Made by a program: the position numbers and the translations under genes. Positions 19,407-28,780 of a stretch of DNA of 64,000 nucleotides are shown piece after piece. Positions within the stretch are counted from its first letter, which is position 1; the number at the start of each line of letters is the position of its first letter. Source of the DNA: Synergistaceae bacterium (lineage in GTDB: Bacteria > Synergistota > Synergistia > Synergistales > Aminobacteriaceae); NCBI GenBank assembly GCA_017540085.1, contig JAFYBQ010000033.1, positions 5,835 to 69,834 on the forward strand. Reading direction: 5' to 3'. The notes below the pieces were generated by a model. That model searched no databases, had not been told where the DNA came from, and saw nothing but the letters and a program-made list of their open reading frames with translations.

Positions 19407-19781
19407 ATGTTACTGGCAAAAGATTTCACGTTTGACGCGGCGCACAACCTAGTCAACTATCACGGCAAATGCGAGAGGCTTCACGGGCATACGTATAAAT
19501 TGCGCGTAGTTGTTGAGGGAACGCCCGACTCTGAAGGAATGATTATCGACTTCATAGAGCTTAAAGCCATAGTGAAAGAAAAAATACTCTCCCGGCTTGA
19601 CCATTCATATATCAACGACATAATCACACAGCCCAGCGCGGAGAATATAGCGGTATGGATATGGGCGGAGCTTGAAGAGTCTGTGAGGCGGGAAAATTGC
19701 AGCCTGTATGAGATTCATGTGTGGGAGACAGCAGACAGCCGGGTTATTCTCAGGAGGGAGGATATAAATTGCCGGAGGTGA
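19407..19781 (+). CDS. queD: 6-carboxy-5,6,7,8-tetrahydropterin synthase (PTPS family)
   Basis: 124 aa. FDAAHNL..HGKCERLHGHTYKLRV and LDHSYIND motifs. Confidence 0.88.
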   Translation: MLLAKDFTFDAAHNLVNYHGKCERLHGHTYKLRVVVEGTPDSEGMIIDFIELKAIVKEKILSRLDHSYINDIITQPSAENIAVWIWAELEESVRRENCSLYEIHVWETADSRVILRREDINCRR

Positions 19782-20023
19782 TATTTCACAGGCTGAAGAG
19801 TATTACCCCGCTTCCTGATTTCACGCTGAAGGCAGAATTTCTTGACGGCTCGAAAAAATTTTATGACGTTAAGCCGCTGATGAAAAAAATTCCCGTGTTT
19901 GATATGCTCCGATATGTTCACGGACTCTTTGAGCAGGTGAGAATTGATACGGGCGGTTACGGAATAATCTGGAACGATGAAATTGACCTTAGCTGTGAAG
20001 AATTGTACGAGAACGGAAGATGA
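19769..20023 (+). CDS. DUF2442 domain-containing protein
   Basis: ITPLPDFTLKAEFLDGSKKFYDV...GGYGIIWNDEIDLSCEELYENG fits DUF2442. Likely TTG start at 19769 (AGGAGGGAGGA 7 nt upstream) or GTG 19778. The track ORF starts at 19721 inside queD. Confidence 0.65.
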   Translation: MPEVIFHRLKSITPLPDFTLKAEFLDGSKKFYDVKPLMKKIPVFDMLRYVHGLFEQVRIDTGGYGIIWNDEIDLSCEELYENGR

Positions 20024-20027
20024 CACA

Positions 20028-20798
20028 ATGAAAGACGTTCAGAAGGAATATGACCCGCGTAACATTCAGATTGACCGCGTTGGAGTCCGCAATGTCAGTT
20101 ACCCTATAATCACGCTGTACCATGACGGCGGGACTCAGTCCACAATCGCAAAAATCTCAATGAGCGTACTACTTCCGAGAGAATACCGAGGGACTCACAT
20201 GAGCCGCTTTATTGAGACACTAGAAGAATACCGCGGAAGAGTCTCCCCGCATAATCTTGAGGGCTTCACCCGCAGGCTGTGCGAGAAACTTAACGCCCCG
20301 GAAAGCTCCGTGAGATTCCTTTTCCCGTATTACTTCCGCAAGAAGGCTCCCGTCTCAGGGATTGAGAGCTTCAGCAAGTGCGACATAGATCTTCAGGCAA
20401 ATTACACCGCCGGACATTTCGACATGGTTACGGGCCTCGCGCTGAGTGTTCAGACGCTATGCCCATGCTCCAAGGAAATATCACAGTACGGGGCGCATAA
20501 TCAGCGGGCTGTTGTCTCGCTCAAAGTCAGGTGCAGGGGGCTTGTTTGGTTCGAGGAGCTTATAGCAATGATTGAGGAGTCAGCGTCTTCACCCCTGTAT
20601 ACCCTCCTGAAGCGTGAGGACGAGAAATATATCACCGAACACGCCTACGAGAATCCGCGCTTTGTCGAGGACGTTATACGGGAGCTTGCTGTGAGGCTTG
20701 ACGATGATGACCGCATTACGTGGTACAGTGCGAGCGTTGAGAGTGAAGAAAGCATACACGATCACAGCGCGTTCGCGGAGATTGAGCGCACGAAATGA
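20028..20798 (+). CDS. folE2: GTP cyclohydrolase FolE2/MptA family (type IB)
   Basis: Start refined to ATG 20028 (MKDVQKEYD..IQIDRVGVRNVSYPI). HMSRF, CPCSKEIS and HNQR motifs are typical of FolE2. Confidence 0.85.
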   Translation: MKDVQKEYDPRNIQIDRVGVRNVSYPIITLYHDGGTQSTIAKISMSVLLPREYRGTHMSRFIETLEEYRGRVSPHNLEGFTRRLCEKLNAPESSVRFLFPYYFRKKAPVSGIESFSKCDIDLQANYTAGHFDMVTGLALSVQTLCPCSKEISQYGAHNQRAVVSLKVRCRGLVWFEELIAMIEESASSPLYTLLKREDEKYITEHAYENPRFVEDVIRELAVRLDDDDRITWYSASVESEESIHDHSAFAEIERTK

Positions 20799-21724
20799 GC
20801 CGAAGAAAACGCCGGGGACTCCCTCAAAGACTCCTGTATTATTCCGTCATTCTCTTCTTGTTCCTCATGGCCTACAGGGTATACAGCTCATGGTACGAGG
20901 ACTACAAGTATTCACACCCTCATGTGATCGAGGCCGTAACAACAAACTACAGCGAGGAACAGCCGCTTGACGGTATATTATTGTGGGATGAGCAGCTAGT
21001 CTACGCCACAAGGGACGGAATAATCACCTACCCTTCACCGCGGGCAAGAATGGTGGCAAAGGGCGAAATGATTGCGGCGGTTGACGGCTCTGCGGTGTAC
21101 GCGCCTTACCCTGCATACTTTTTCCCCGGTCTTGACGGCCAGGAAGGAAGCTGGGCTTACTCTAAACTGTGGCCGGATTTCTCACCGTTCCCCGATTTTC
21201 AGGACGCGACACTCATCAGGGACGGGCAGTATATCCGCCGCGGAGACCCAATCGGCAAACTTATTCCGCAGCCTCAGACCCTAAGATGTATCGCCTATCT
21301 TGACACGACTCCCTCGCTTGAACGCGCCCTCCGCAACAAGAACAGCCCGACAATACGAGTCAGGACTGAATACGAGGGCAAAGAAAGAAAGTCCGATGTT
21401 GTCGCGGTGAAATCTTCAGGGCAGAAGCTCAAAGTATATCTGCGCCTGCCGTTTTTCCCGCCGGGGTTATTGCGGTCAAGAAGATTCACGGCCAGTGCTG
21501 TTACTGACATTCAGAAGGGCATAATGATTCCTGACACGGCAGTGATTACACGCGGGGGGAAAAATAAAGTCTTCCTGCTTCAGGGCAACAGCCTTGTGTC
21601 GCATGATGTTGAAGGATTCCCGGCAGACGAGGAAAATTTTTTCATCGAGACAGGAGTCAGGCACGGCGACAAGCTCATACTTGACGCGAACACGATAAAA
21701 GACGAAAACGGAAGGATATGGTAA
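20795..21724 (+). CDS. membrane-anchored hypothetical protein, HlyD/barrel-sandwich-like
   Basis: N-terminal basic stretch plus one TM (LLYYSVILFLFLMAY). GEMIAAVDG, IRRGDPIGKLIP and C-terminal beta-rich region resemble membrane-fusion/lipoyl-like hybrid motifs. Weak. Confidence 0.35.
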   Translation: MSRRKRRGLPQRLLYYSVILFLFLMAYRVYSSWYEDYKYSHPHVIEAVTTNYSEEQPLDGILLWDEQLVYATRDGIITYPSPRARMVAKGEMIAAVDGSAVYAPYPAYFFPGLDGQEGSWAYSKLWPDFSPFPDFQDATLIRDGQYIRRGDPIGKLIPQPQTLRCIAYLDTTPSLERALRNKNSPTIRVRTEYEGKERKSDVVAVKSSGQKLKVYLRLPFFPPGLLRSRRFTASAVTDIQKGIMIPDTAVITRGGKNKVFLLQGNSLVSHDVEGFPADEENFFIETGVRHGDKLILDANTIKDENGRIW

Positions 21725-21727
21725 AAG

Positions 21728-22411
21728 TTGAACGCAGAAATAATCCGCGAGCGAATAGACTCGGCAATGTCAAAAGCAGGACGGCGGGACAAGGTATATT
21801 TTGCGGCGGTCAGCAAGACTCGCAATGTTGACGAAATGAGAGAGGCCGAAAAAATTTCGTGGGTTGACTTTTTCGGCGAGAACAGAGTCCAAGAGGCAGA
21901 GTCAAAGCGCAAAGTTTACGGCGAGTCCCGAATCCCTTGGCGGCTAATCGGACACCTTCAGGCGAACAAGGCAAGGAAGGCCGCTGAGATTTTTGACACG
22001 ATAGACAGCATAGACTCCCCCGAATTATCACAGAGGCTTGACCGCATAGCAGGCGAACTTGGAAAAGTCATCCCCGTATTGATTGAGGTCAACACTTCCG
22101 GCGAAATGAGCAAGTCAGGAGTCAGCCCGGAAAATTTCCCCGCATTGCTTGACGCTGTAGTCTCAGGGAAAAATTTGCGGCTTGACGGACTAATGACAGT
22201 CGGCCCGATTACGGACGATGAGCGCGAAATCAGGAGAGCTTTTGCGACTCTGAGAGGGCTTGCGGAAAATGCAAGGTCTGAGACGGGACTCGCTTTGCCG
22301 ATTCTGTCTATGGGCATGAGCGGAGATTTTGAGGCGGCTATTCTTGAGGGCAGTACATTAATCCGGATTGGGACTCTTCTTTTCGGCCCGCGGGATTACA
22401 CTAAACACTAA
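21728..22411 (+). CDS. yggS: YggS-family pyridoxal-phosphate homeostasis protein
   Basis: AVSKTR, ENRVQEA, GHLQANKARK, LIEVNTSGE.SKSGV, GLMTVGP, LSMGMSGDFE..GSTLIRIGTLLFG. TTG start. Confidence 0.9.
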   Translation: MNAEIIRERIDSAMSKAGRRDKVYFAAVSKTRNVDEMREAEKISWVDFFGENRVQEAESKRKVYGESRIPWRLIGHLQANKARKAAEIFDTIDSIDSPELSQRLDRIAGELGKVIPVLIEVNTSGEMSKSGVSPENFPALLDAVVSGKNLRLDGLMTVGPITDDEREIRRAFATLRGLAENARSETGLALPILSMGMSGDFEAAILEGSTLIRIGTLLFGPRDYTKH

Positions 22412-22475
22412 TCACTGTATTTTATGATATATTAACATTCATAATCCACACAATTTTTACTGGAGGTAGTTAGCG

Positions 22476-22889
22476 TTGAATTTGATGAAATTTTTCGGCT
22501 TCGAGACTGACGAGGACGATTACGACGACAGCGAAGACTACAAAGAAGAACCCCGCAGGAAATCACAGCCATCACGCAAAGAAAACACACGCTCATCATC
22601 AGGCGGAACAAGCGCAGGGGGAAAATTAATCCTCTTCAACGGCGTTGCTTCAGACAATGACAAACGCAGACTCCGCGAGGCGTTCAACAGCGGCGCGATG
22701 ATTCTTATTGACCTTCACACGCTCAACCAGCGCGAATTTGACGAGGACGGAAAAGACTTCATTACCTTCATGGGCGGAGTTGCCTTTGCCCGAAACGGTG
22801 AGCTGAAATTCATTGAGCCGGCGCAGTATCTAGTTACCCCGCGCCCTGACATGTTCGAGGTCTGGCCGGAAGAGGAGTCCCACGAATGA
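22476..22889 (+). CDS. sepF: cell division protein SepF
   Basis: 137 aa. Acidic/low-complexity N-terminal half and conserved C-terminal half (ILIDL....DFITFMGGVAFARNGELKFIEPAQYLVTP). Position between yggS and divIVA. Start TTG 22476 or ATG 22485. Confidence 0.8.
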   Translation: MNLMKFFGFETDEDDYDDSEDYKEEPRRKSQPSRKENTRSSSGGTSAGGKLILFNGVASDNDKRRLREAFNSGAMILIDLHTLNQREFDEDGKDFITFMGGVAFARNGELKFIEPAQYLVTPRPDMFEVWPEEESHE

Positions 22890-23749
22890 GCGATTTACTC
22901 ACAGCAAAAGATGTAGAGGTCAAAATCTTCAAGAAGGTCAGATTCGGCGGTTACTCAGTCCCGGAGGTTGAAGACTTCCTGAATCAGGTTGCCGATGATC
23001 TTGAAGCCTACGTTACGCAGATTGACGAGAAGGACGCACGCATTCAGGAGCTTGAAGCGTTCGTGAAAAAGCAGGAGGCCATGACCGACGCAATAAAGGA
23101 CGCATTAATTCAGGCACGCAAAGCCGCCAAAGACATGGAGGAGCAAGCCCGCACTCAGACCGAGAAAATTCTCGCTGAGGCTGACGAGGAAGCAAAGCAG
23201 CATGTAGCCGAGGCGGACGCACTTGTTCAGCAGAAAATTGACGAGGCAGAACGCAAAGCCAACGACATATTAGCCCAGGCAAAAATCAGCGCAGAGGAAA
23301 TCACCCTGTCAACAGAAGACAGGCGCGCAAAGGCAGAGCATTCACTCTCAACTATTGAGCAGGAGCTTGAATCAAGGCGGCAGGAAGCAGAGTCCCAAGC
23401 TGAGGAAATAATATCGTCAGCAAAAGCAGAGGCGCAGAAAGTTCTTGACGAGGCAGAATCGGAGACAGTCCGCCACGAGGGGCAGATGAGATTTCTCAGC
23501 CTGCAAAAACAGCAGTTCCTGAAGGACGCTTATTCACTGCTGATAGATTTCGGGAAGATAATCGACCGGGCGCAGGAAGATATTGACGCGGAAATTGAAG
23601 CCGACAACGCCGAACATAACGCCCGTGAATCACAGCCCGAATCAGAGCCGGAAGAATACCCCGAACACGATACAGCCCCGGAAGCCGGGACACTCCCGGA
23701 ACAGGCACAAGAGCCGGAAATTGACAGCCCTGACACGGAACAGCAGTAA
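22886..23749 (+). CDS. divIVA: DivIVA domain-containing protein with long coiled coil and acidic Pro-rich tail
   Basis: LTAKDVEVKIFKKVRFGGYSVPEVEDFLNQVADDLE is the DivIVA N-terminal domain. Confidence 0.88.
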   Translation: MSDLLTAKDVEVKIFKKVRFGGYSVPEVEDFLNQVADDLEAYVTQIDEKDARIQELEAFVKKQEAMTDAIKDALIQARKAAKDMEEQARTQTEKILAEADEEAKQHVAEADALVQQKIDEAERKANDILAQAKISAEEITLSTEDRRAKAEHSLSTIEQELESRRQEAESQAEEIISSAKAEAQKVLDEAESETVRHEGQMRFLSLQKQQFLKDAYSLLIDFGKIIDRAQEDIDAEIEADNAEHNARESQPESEPEEYPEHDTAPEAGTLPEQAQEPEIDSPDTEQQ

Positions 23750-25790
23750 TCCCGCGCTTGACTCCCCCGTAACAATCCTCGCAGGAGTCGGCCCGAAAAC
23801 CGCAAAAGCATTCGGAAGGCTCAAAGTTTTCACGCTTGAGGATCTCTTCTTCCTTCTGCCGAGACGCTATGAGGACAGGAGATTTCCCAAGCCTTTGGCC
23901 GAACTCAGGCCGGGCGAAACTGAATGCGCCGTTGCGACTGTTGCAGAAATTACAGCGGTGAACGGACGCACAGAGGCAGTAATTACGGACGACTCTGGCT
24001 CTGCGCGTGTTGTGTGGTTCACGGACAAGATTTCGGAGTTTGTTTACGAGGGCATGAGGCTGGCTCTTTACGGTCAGCTGAGTAATTACTATCTTGTGCC
24101 GCAGTTTTCTCACCCTGAGTTTGAGATTCTCTACAGGAACAAGACTCCGACAATAATCGGCAAAATATTTCCCATTTACCCGGGAACGGCTGACTTGACG
24201 CAGAAAGCAATAAAGAAATTTGTTGACAACGCCCTGAATCTTTACGCGCCCTCGCTGCTTTCTGACTTCCTCCCGAAACGTATAACATCGCGCCACAAAA
24301 TGATGACGCTTGAAGAAGCCGTGAAGACCGTCCACAATCCCAAAGACGAGAACGCATTTATACGCGCAAGGAATCGGCTGTCCTTTGATGAATTATTCCT
24401 CCTTCAGGCGGGAGTCATAATGCGGAGGAGGTCATTCACCGGGAAATATCACGCTCACAGCCTGAAGCCCGGAAAAATTTTCGCGAAATTCTCCGACAGT
24501 CTCCCGTTCAGGATGACGGACGCACAGAGGATAGCAATCTATGAGATATTCGAGGACATAGAGAAGCCGTATCCCATGAACAGATTATTGCAGGGCGATG
24601 TAGGCTCCGGGAAAACTCTCGTGGCAATTTCGGCCATGTTAGCGGCGTGTGATTCGGGCGTTCAGTCCGCGTTCATGGCACCGACAGAAATTTTAGCCCA
24701 GCAGCATTATTTGAGCCTGAAAAAGTTTCTTGCCCCCCTCGGCGTGAAAACAGCACTCCTCACAGGAAGCCTCAGAGCCTCCGAACGCCGTCAAATTCTC
24801 GCGGGACTTTCTGACGGGAGTATTAATATTGCCATCGGGACTCACGCTCTTTTCTCGGAAGGGGTAACGTTCCAGAATCTTGCGCTCGCCATTATCGATG
24901 AGCAGCACAGATTCGGAGTCCTTCAGCGCGGGAGCCTCACAGCAAAATCGGAGGCCCCTCACGTTCTCGCCATGACCGCAACGCCTATCCCACGTACCCT
25001 GATTATGTCGATATACGGCGATTTAGAGGTGTCTACGTTAAACGAAATGCCCAAAGGACGCAAGCCCGTCAAGACAACTTCACTAAGTCCACGAAATGCC
25101 AAGCGCGTTTACGGAATGATACGCGAGGAAGTCAGCAAAGGCCATCAAGTCTACTGGGTATGCCCCGTAATCGATGAGACAGAGAAAGACCTCCACAGCG
25201 TAACAGACGCATTTGACCGCATAAGCTCTGCCATGCCCGAAATGAGGACAGCTATACTTCATGGCCGTCTCCTCGTTGACGAGAAAGCGAAAATAATGCA
25301 GGACTTCAGCGAGGGGAAAATTGACATCCTCATAGCAACAACGGTGATTGAAGTCGGCGTAGATGTCCCGAACGCGACAATGATTGTGATACAGGACGCG
25401 GGGCAGTTCGGACTCTCCCAGCTCCATCAGCTGCGGGGGCGTGTTGGGCGCGGCGAGGCAAAAAGCTGCTGCGTTCTTCTTGAGAACAACGAGATGTCCG
25501 GGGCGGGTGAGTTCAGGGTTGAAGCGATGGTGAAAATTTCTGACGGCTTCGAGCTTTCAGCGCGTGATTTGGACTTGCGCGGGCCGGGGGAAATCTGCGG
25601 GACTCATCAGCACGGCGTTACGGATTTCAGGGTTGCGGACTTGATTCGGGACGAGAAAATTTTGACTCTTGCGCGTGATGAGGCGAAAAAGCTGCTTGAT
25701 GATGATCCTGATTTGAGGACTGAGCCGGACTTGAAGCGCGAAATTCTGCGGAGGCTCGGCGGAGTTTTGGAGCTTGCCGCGACATCATGA
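23721..25790 (+). CDS. recG: ATP-dependent DNA helicase RecG
   Basis: LAGVGPKTAKAF..LEDLFFLLPRRYEDRR wedge region, GDVGSGKT (Walker A), DEQHRFGV, MTATPIPRT, QLHQLRGRVGRG. No ATG/GTG downstream of the divIVA stop. Start tentatively TTG 23721 (29-nt overlap); the track ORF starts at 23583. Confidence 0.9.
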   Translation: MTALTRNSSNPALDSPVTILAGVGPKTAKAFGRLKVFTLEDLFFLLPRRYEDRRFPKPLAELRPGETECAVATVAEITAVNGRTEAVITDDSGSARVVWFTDKISEFVYEGMRLALYGQLSNYYLVPQFSHPEFEILYRNKTPTIIGKIFPIYPGTADLTQKAIKKFVDNALNLYAPSLLSDFLPKRITSRHKMMTLEEAVKTVHNPKDENAFIRARNRLSFDELFLLQAGVIMRRRSFTGKYHAHSLKPGKIFAKFSDSLPFRMTDAQRIAIYEIFEDIEKPYPMNRLLQGDVGSGKTLVAISAMLAACDSGVQSAFMAPTEILAQQHYLSLKKFLAPLGVKTALLTGSLRASERRQILAGLSDGSINIAIGTHALFSEGVTFQNLALAIIDEQHRFGVLQRGSLTAKSEAPHVLAMTATPIPRTLIMSIYGDLEVSTLNEMPKGRKPVKTTSLSPRNAKRVYGMIREEVSKGHQVYWVCPVIDETEKDLHSVTDAFDRISSAMPEMRTAILHGRLLVDEKAKIMQDFSEGKIDILIATTVIEVGVDVPNATMIVIQDAGQFGLSQLHQLRGRVGRGEAKSCCVLLENNEMSGAGEFRVEAMVKISDGFELSARDLDLRGPGEICGTHQHGVTDFRVADLIRDEKILTLARDEAKKLLDDDPDLRTEPDLKREILRRLGGVLELAATS

Positions 25791-26215
25791 AAGACTGGGC
25801 GGAACTCATTGACCCCGAAAGAGAATCCCGGGATAAATTCTTTGCGTACCTTCTGCGGAAAACATCAACAAAGAAGCAGGCGCGTGAATATCTGCACCGC
25901 ATGAAGCTACCTGAGTCATTATTGGACGAGGCCACAGACGCGGGATTGATTGATGATTTGGCATATGCCCGGCTTTTTGCTGACGGCCACACCTCATGGG
26001 GCAACGCGAAAATTTCGCATGAACTCTCAACGCGGGGAGTGTCGCGGGAAAATATACGGTCTGCGCTTGATGATATTGCTGACGAATCCGAAAGGGCGCG
26101 GGAAATTTCCGGCAGCCTCCGGGAGTCAGGAGTCGAGGAAAGGAAAATAAAATCCCGGCTTATTTCGAGAGGATTCACGGACAGGGCAGTGAATGAGGCG
26201 TTAAGGGAGGAATAA
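25787..26215 (+). CDS. recX: regulatory protein RecX
   Basis: 142 aa helical-repeat protein. GLIDDLAYARLFADG...WGNAKISHELSTRGVSRENIRSAL pattern of RecX. ATGA overlap with recG. Confidence 0.72.
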   Translation: MKDWAELIDPERESRDKFFAYLLRKTSTKKQAREYLHRMKLPESLLDEATDAGLIDDLAYARLFADGHTSWGNAKISHELSTRGVSRENIRSALDDIADESERAREISGSLRESGVEERKIKSRLISRGFTDRAVNEALREE

Positions 26216-26217
26216 AT

Positions 26218-26252
26218 CCCCCTCACCGTTACAGCAAGGGGGATGGCGTTTT
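26218..26252. terminator. possible hairpin between convergent recX and oxidoreductase genes
   Basis: CCCCCT-13 nt-AGGGGG followed after 6 nt by TTTT. Weak. Confidence 0.3.
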
Positions 26253-27336
26253 ACGCAAATAGCTCCGAGATAATATCAGCTACCTTTTCTACTTTGTTCA
26301 CCTTCACGACATTAGACCCGCAGAAAAATAGTCCCGTCTCCCAGTTCCCCACCTGAGCGTCAACAAGCGCCGCGGCAATGCAGAATGTTTCCTTTGTCTT
26401 GCGGTATCGGCAGTGCGTCAGGCAGTTTGCGAAACATGGCTTACTCTCTACTTCACCTTCAAGATATTTCGCCACAAACGGATTCTTTATCGCCCTCCCA
26501 GGCAAACCTGCAGGGCTGTGAATCAATACAACGTCTTCCTCCTTCGCGTCAATATACGCCTGCTTGAACCTGTCGGAAGCGTCCCCCTCAACAGTGCAGG
26601 CGAACCGCGTACCCATCTGAACGCCCGATGCACCCAGCGCAAACACCCGTTCAAGGTCTGACCTGTCCCAGATTCCCCCGGCCGCTATCACCGGTATGTC
26701 GCTCTTCATTTCGTCATGTACATACCGCACGACATCGGGCAGCGCGTTTTCGAGCCTCAATGCGGGATCGTAGACCTGCTCTATAGTCATCGCTCCCAAA
26801 TGCCCCCCGGCTGTGGCTGGCTCCTCAACAACAAATGCGTCCGGGACTCGGTGATATTTCTTTTCCCAGTGCCGTGTGATTAGGCTTGCGGCTTTCGCTG
26901 ATGAGACTATCGGCACTAGGGCGACATCGGGAAAATCTTTCGTGTAGTCCGGCAGCCTCAGAGGAAGTCCCGCGCCCGATATGATGATGTCCGCTCCTCC
27001 TTCTGCTGACGAGCGCACCTGCCTGTCGTAGTCCGTCAATGCTACCATGCAGTTCACCGCGATTATTCCTTCAGGGCCGGCGATTGATTTGGCTTTTGCG
27101 ACTGCTTCCTTCAGGACTATCTCATTCACGTCAAAATAATTATGCTTCTCTATCTGGAACAAGGGCGAGTCATGAGCAAGTCCGACGCTGGCAATTGTCC
27201 CTATTGCGCCGTTTTTCGCGACATGGCCGGCTAGGTTCGGCCCGGATATATCGACTCCCATTCCCCCCTGTATTAGAGGGTACTTAGGCTTGTATCTCCC
27301 TATCTTTAGTACAGGCATGGCCAATTCTAAGCACAC
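26251..27336 (-). CDS. NAD(P)H-dependent flavin oxidoreductase (nitronate monooxygenase / FabK-like family)
   Basis: IQGGMGV, AIGTIAS, ADIIISGAGLP and IPVIAAGGIWD motifs of the NMO/2-nitropropane dioxygenase family. Start uncertain (GTG 27336 or ATG 27318). Confidence 0.8.
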   Translation of the reverse strand: MCLELAMPVLKIGRYKPKYPLIQGGMGVDISGPNLAGHVAKNGAIGTIASVGLAHDSPLFQIEKHNYFDVNEIVLKEAVAKAKSIAGPEGIIAVNCMVALTDYDRQVRSSAEGGADIIISGAGLPLRLPDYTKDFPDVALVPIVSSAKAASLITRHWEKKYHRVPDAFVVEEPATAGGHLGAMTIEQVYDPALRLENALPDVVRYVHDEMKSDIPVIAAGGIWDRSDLERVFALGASGVQMGTRFACTVEGDASDRFKQAYIDAKEEDVVLIHSPAGLPGRAIKNPFVAKYLEGEVESKPCFANCLTHCRYRKTKETFCIAAALVDAQVGNWETGLFFCGSNVVKVNKVEKVADIISELFA

Positions 27337-27406
27337 CTTTCATTTTGTGATGATTACGCAAAGTATATCATTAGACGGCTGATTCTCTATGAGTGATTGA
27401 GCGTGT

Positions 27407-28780
27407 TTATACTCGTTTTAGCTTGACAATGAAGCAAGTCCCCTCACCCTTTTTGCTGACCGCTGAAATTTTCCCGCCGTGTGCCTCGACAGTAGCCTTC
27501 ACGATAGCCAGTCCGACCCCGCTTCCGCCCGTAACACGAGTCCGCGACTCATCAGCCCGCCAGAAACGCTCAAAGATATTCGGCAAATCCTCCGGCGCGA
27601 TTCCGATTCCAGTGTCGGCAACCTCTATAACAGCGTCATCATCACGCGCATATAGCCTCAGCGTAACATTCCCGCCCGCGTCAGTGTAGCGCAGTGCGTT
27701 CGACAGAAGATTATCGATTACATGACGGAATTTTTCACGGTCAATTTCACATTTCACGGTCTCAAGTTCAGCCGTCAGATTTATTCCTGCTTTCGCAAAA
27801 ACAGGTTTGAAGCTCTCTGCTACATACTCAAGAAACTTTTTCATGTCTGTGATTTCGAGGTCAAGCCGCAAAGTTTCTCCCTCAATCCGCGACAATACGT
27901 CAATGTTCCCGATTAAGTCAGCGAGTCTTGTCATCTCGTTCACGCAAAGGGTGAGGCGTTCGGGAGTCGGCTCAAGTATTCCGTCAGCAATCGCTTCAAT
28001 CTGAGTCCGCGTTACAGTGAGGGGAGTCCGCAGTTCGTGCGCTACGTCAACCATCAGCCGCCGCCGCAATTTTTCCTGACCAGCCAATGACCGCCCAAGA
28101 TCCTCAACGCCTCGCGTTAATGCGTCAAGCTCACGGATTCCCACAGGCTTTGACTCTTCATGAACGTCATAATCTCCCCGCGCAATGTGTTTCGTTCTCT
28201 CAATGGCCGCAATAACAGGACGGCTTAATCTCCCGGCAACAACATAGCCGACTCCGCACGCGCAAAGTATCATCACTAACGCCCCTCCCATAGTGTAGCG
28301 CATTAGGTACGATATGAACGACATCTCATAGCGTCCTGAAGGAAGCCTGCGCTCAATTTCGAGTCGTCCGATGTTCCCCGAAAGTTTCACCGTAATGTGC
28401 TCGGTTTCGGCTGTGTTTGCTGACGGGGGAGTCTCCTGCGCGGAGCTGTGCATTCTCATGCGGGGCATTGGCATGGGACGGAGCGTGTATATCTCATTCC
28501 CGAAAGAGTCGACAAGGACAATAATCATCCCTGCCCACTGCGGAGCGGGGCGCAATATGTCCATCACCCTGCGGCGTTTCCATACTCCGCCTTCCTCGCT
28601 GTAGAGTTCAGACAATGACTCGCCGAGATTCTCAAGATCCGCCTGCCTGCGCTGAATCTGGTAATTCCTGAAAGCGTCAACGCTCAATTTCAGACCCAGC
28701 ACAGGCACAACGATTCCCGCAAGCACCGCAAGAATCACATACAGCATTAGGAAGTGAGAACGGAGAGACTTACTTTTCAT
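27407..28780 (-). CDS. sensor histidine kinase (2 TM, periplasmic domain, HAMP, HisKA, HATPase_c)
   Basis: Start refined to ATG 28780 (MKSKSLRS). H-box DVAHELRTPLT, N box LSNALRYT, DTGIGI, GGSGVGLAIV. Periplasmic loop contains the Met/His-rich RPMPMPRMRMH. Confidence 0.9.
   Translation of the reverse strand: MKSKSLRSHFLMLYVILAVLAGIVVPVLGLKLSVDAFRNYQIQRRQADLENLGESLSELYSEEGGVWKRRRVMDILRPAPQWAGMIIVLVDSFGNEIYTLRPMPMPRMRMHSSAQETPPSANTAETEHITVKLSGNIGRLEIERRLPSGRYEMSFISYLMRYTMGGALVMILCACGVGYVVAGRLSRPVIAAIERTKHIARGDYDVHEESKPVGIRELDALTRGVEDLGRSLAGQEKLRRRLMVDVAHELRTPLTVTRTQIEAIADGILEPTPERLTLCVNEMTRLADLIGNIDVLSRIEGETLRLDLEITDMKKFLEYVAESFKPVFAKAGINLTAELETVKCEIDREKFRHVIDNLLSNALRYTDAGGNVTLRLYARDDDAVIEVADTGIGIAPEDLPNIFERFWRADESRTRVTGGSGVGLAIVKATVEAHGGKISAVSKKGEGTCFIVKLKRV

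Noticed and set aside
23496-24335. 279-aa minus-strand ORF antisense to the divIVA end and recG start. Similar long antisense ORFs occur at 25627-26226, 62161-62772, 37462-38025 and 1788-2342.
   Set aside because: - All lie opposite confidently identified, motif-rich genes.
- Their translations are Arg/Ser/Cys-rich with no recognisable motifs, as expected for shadow ORFs in this GC range.
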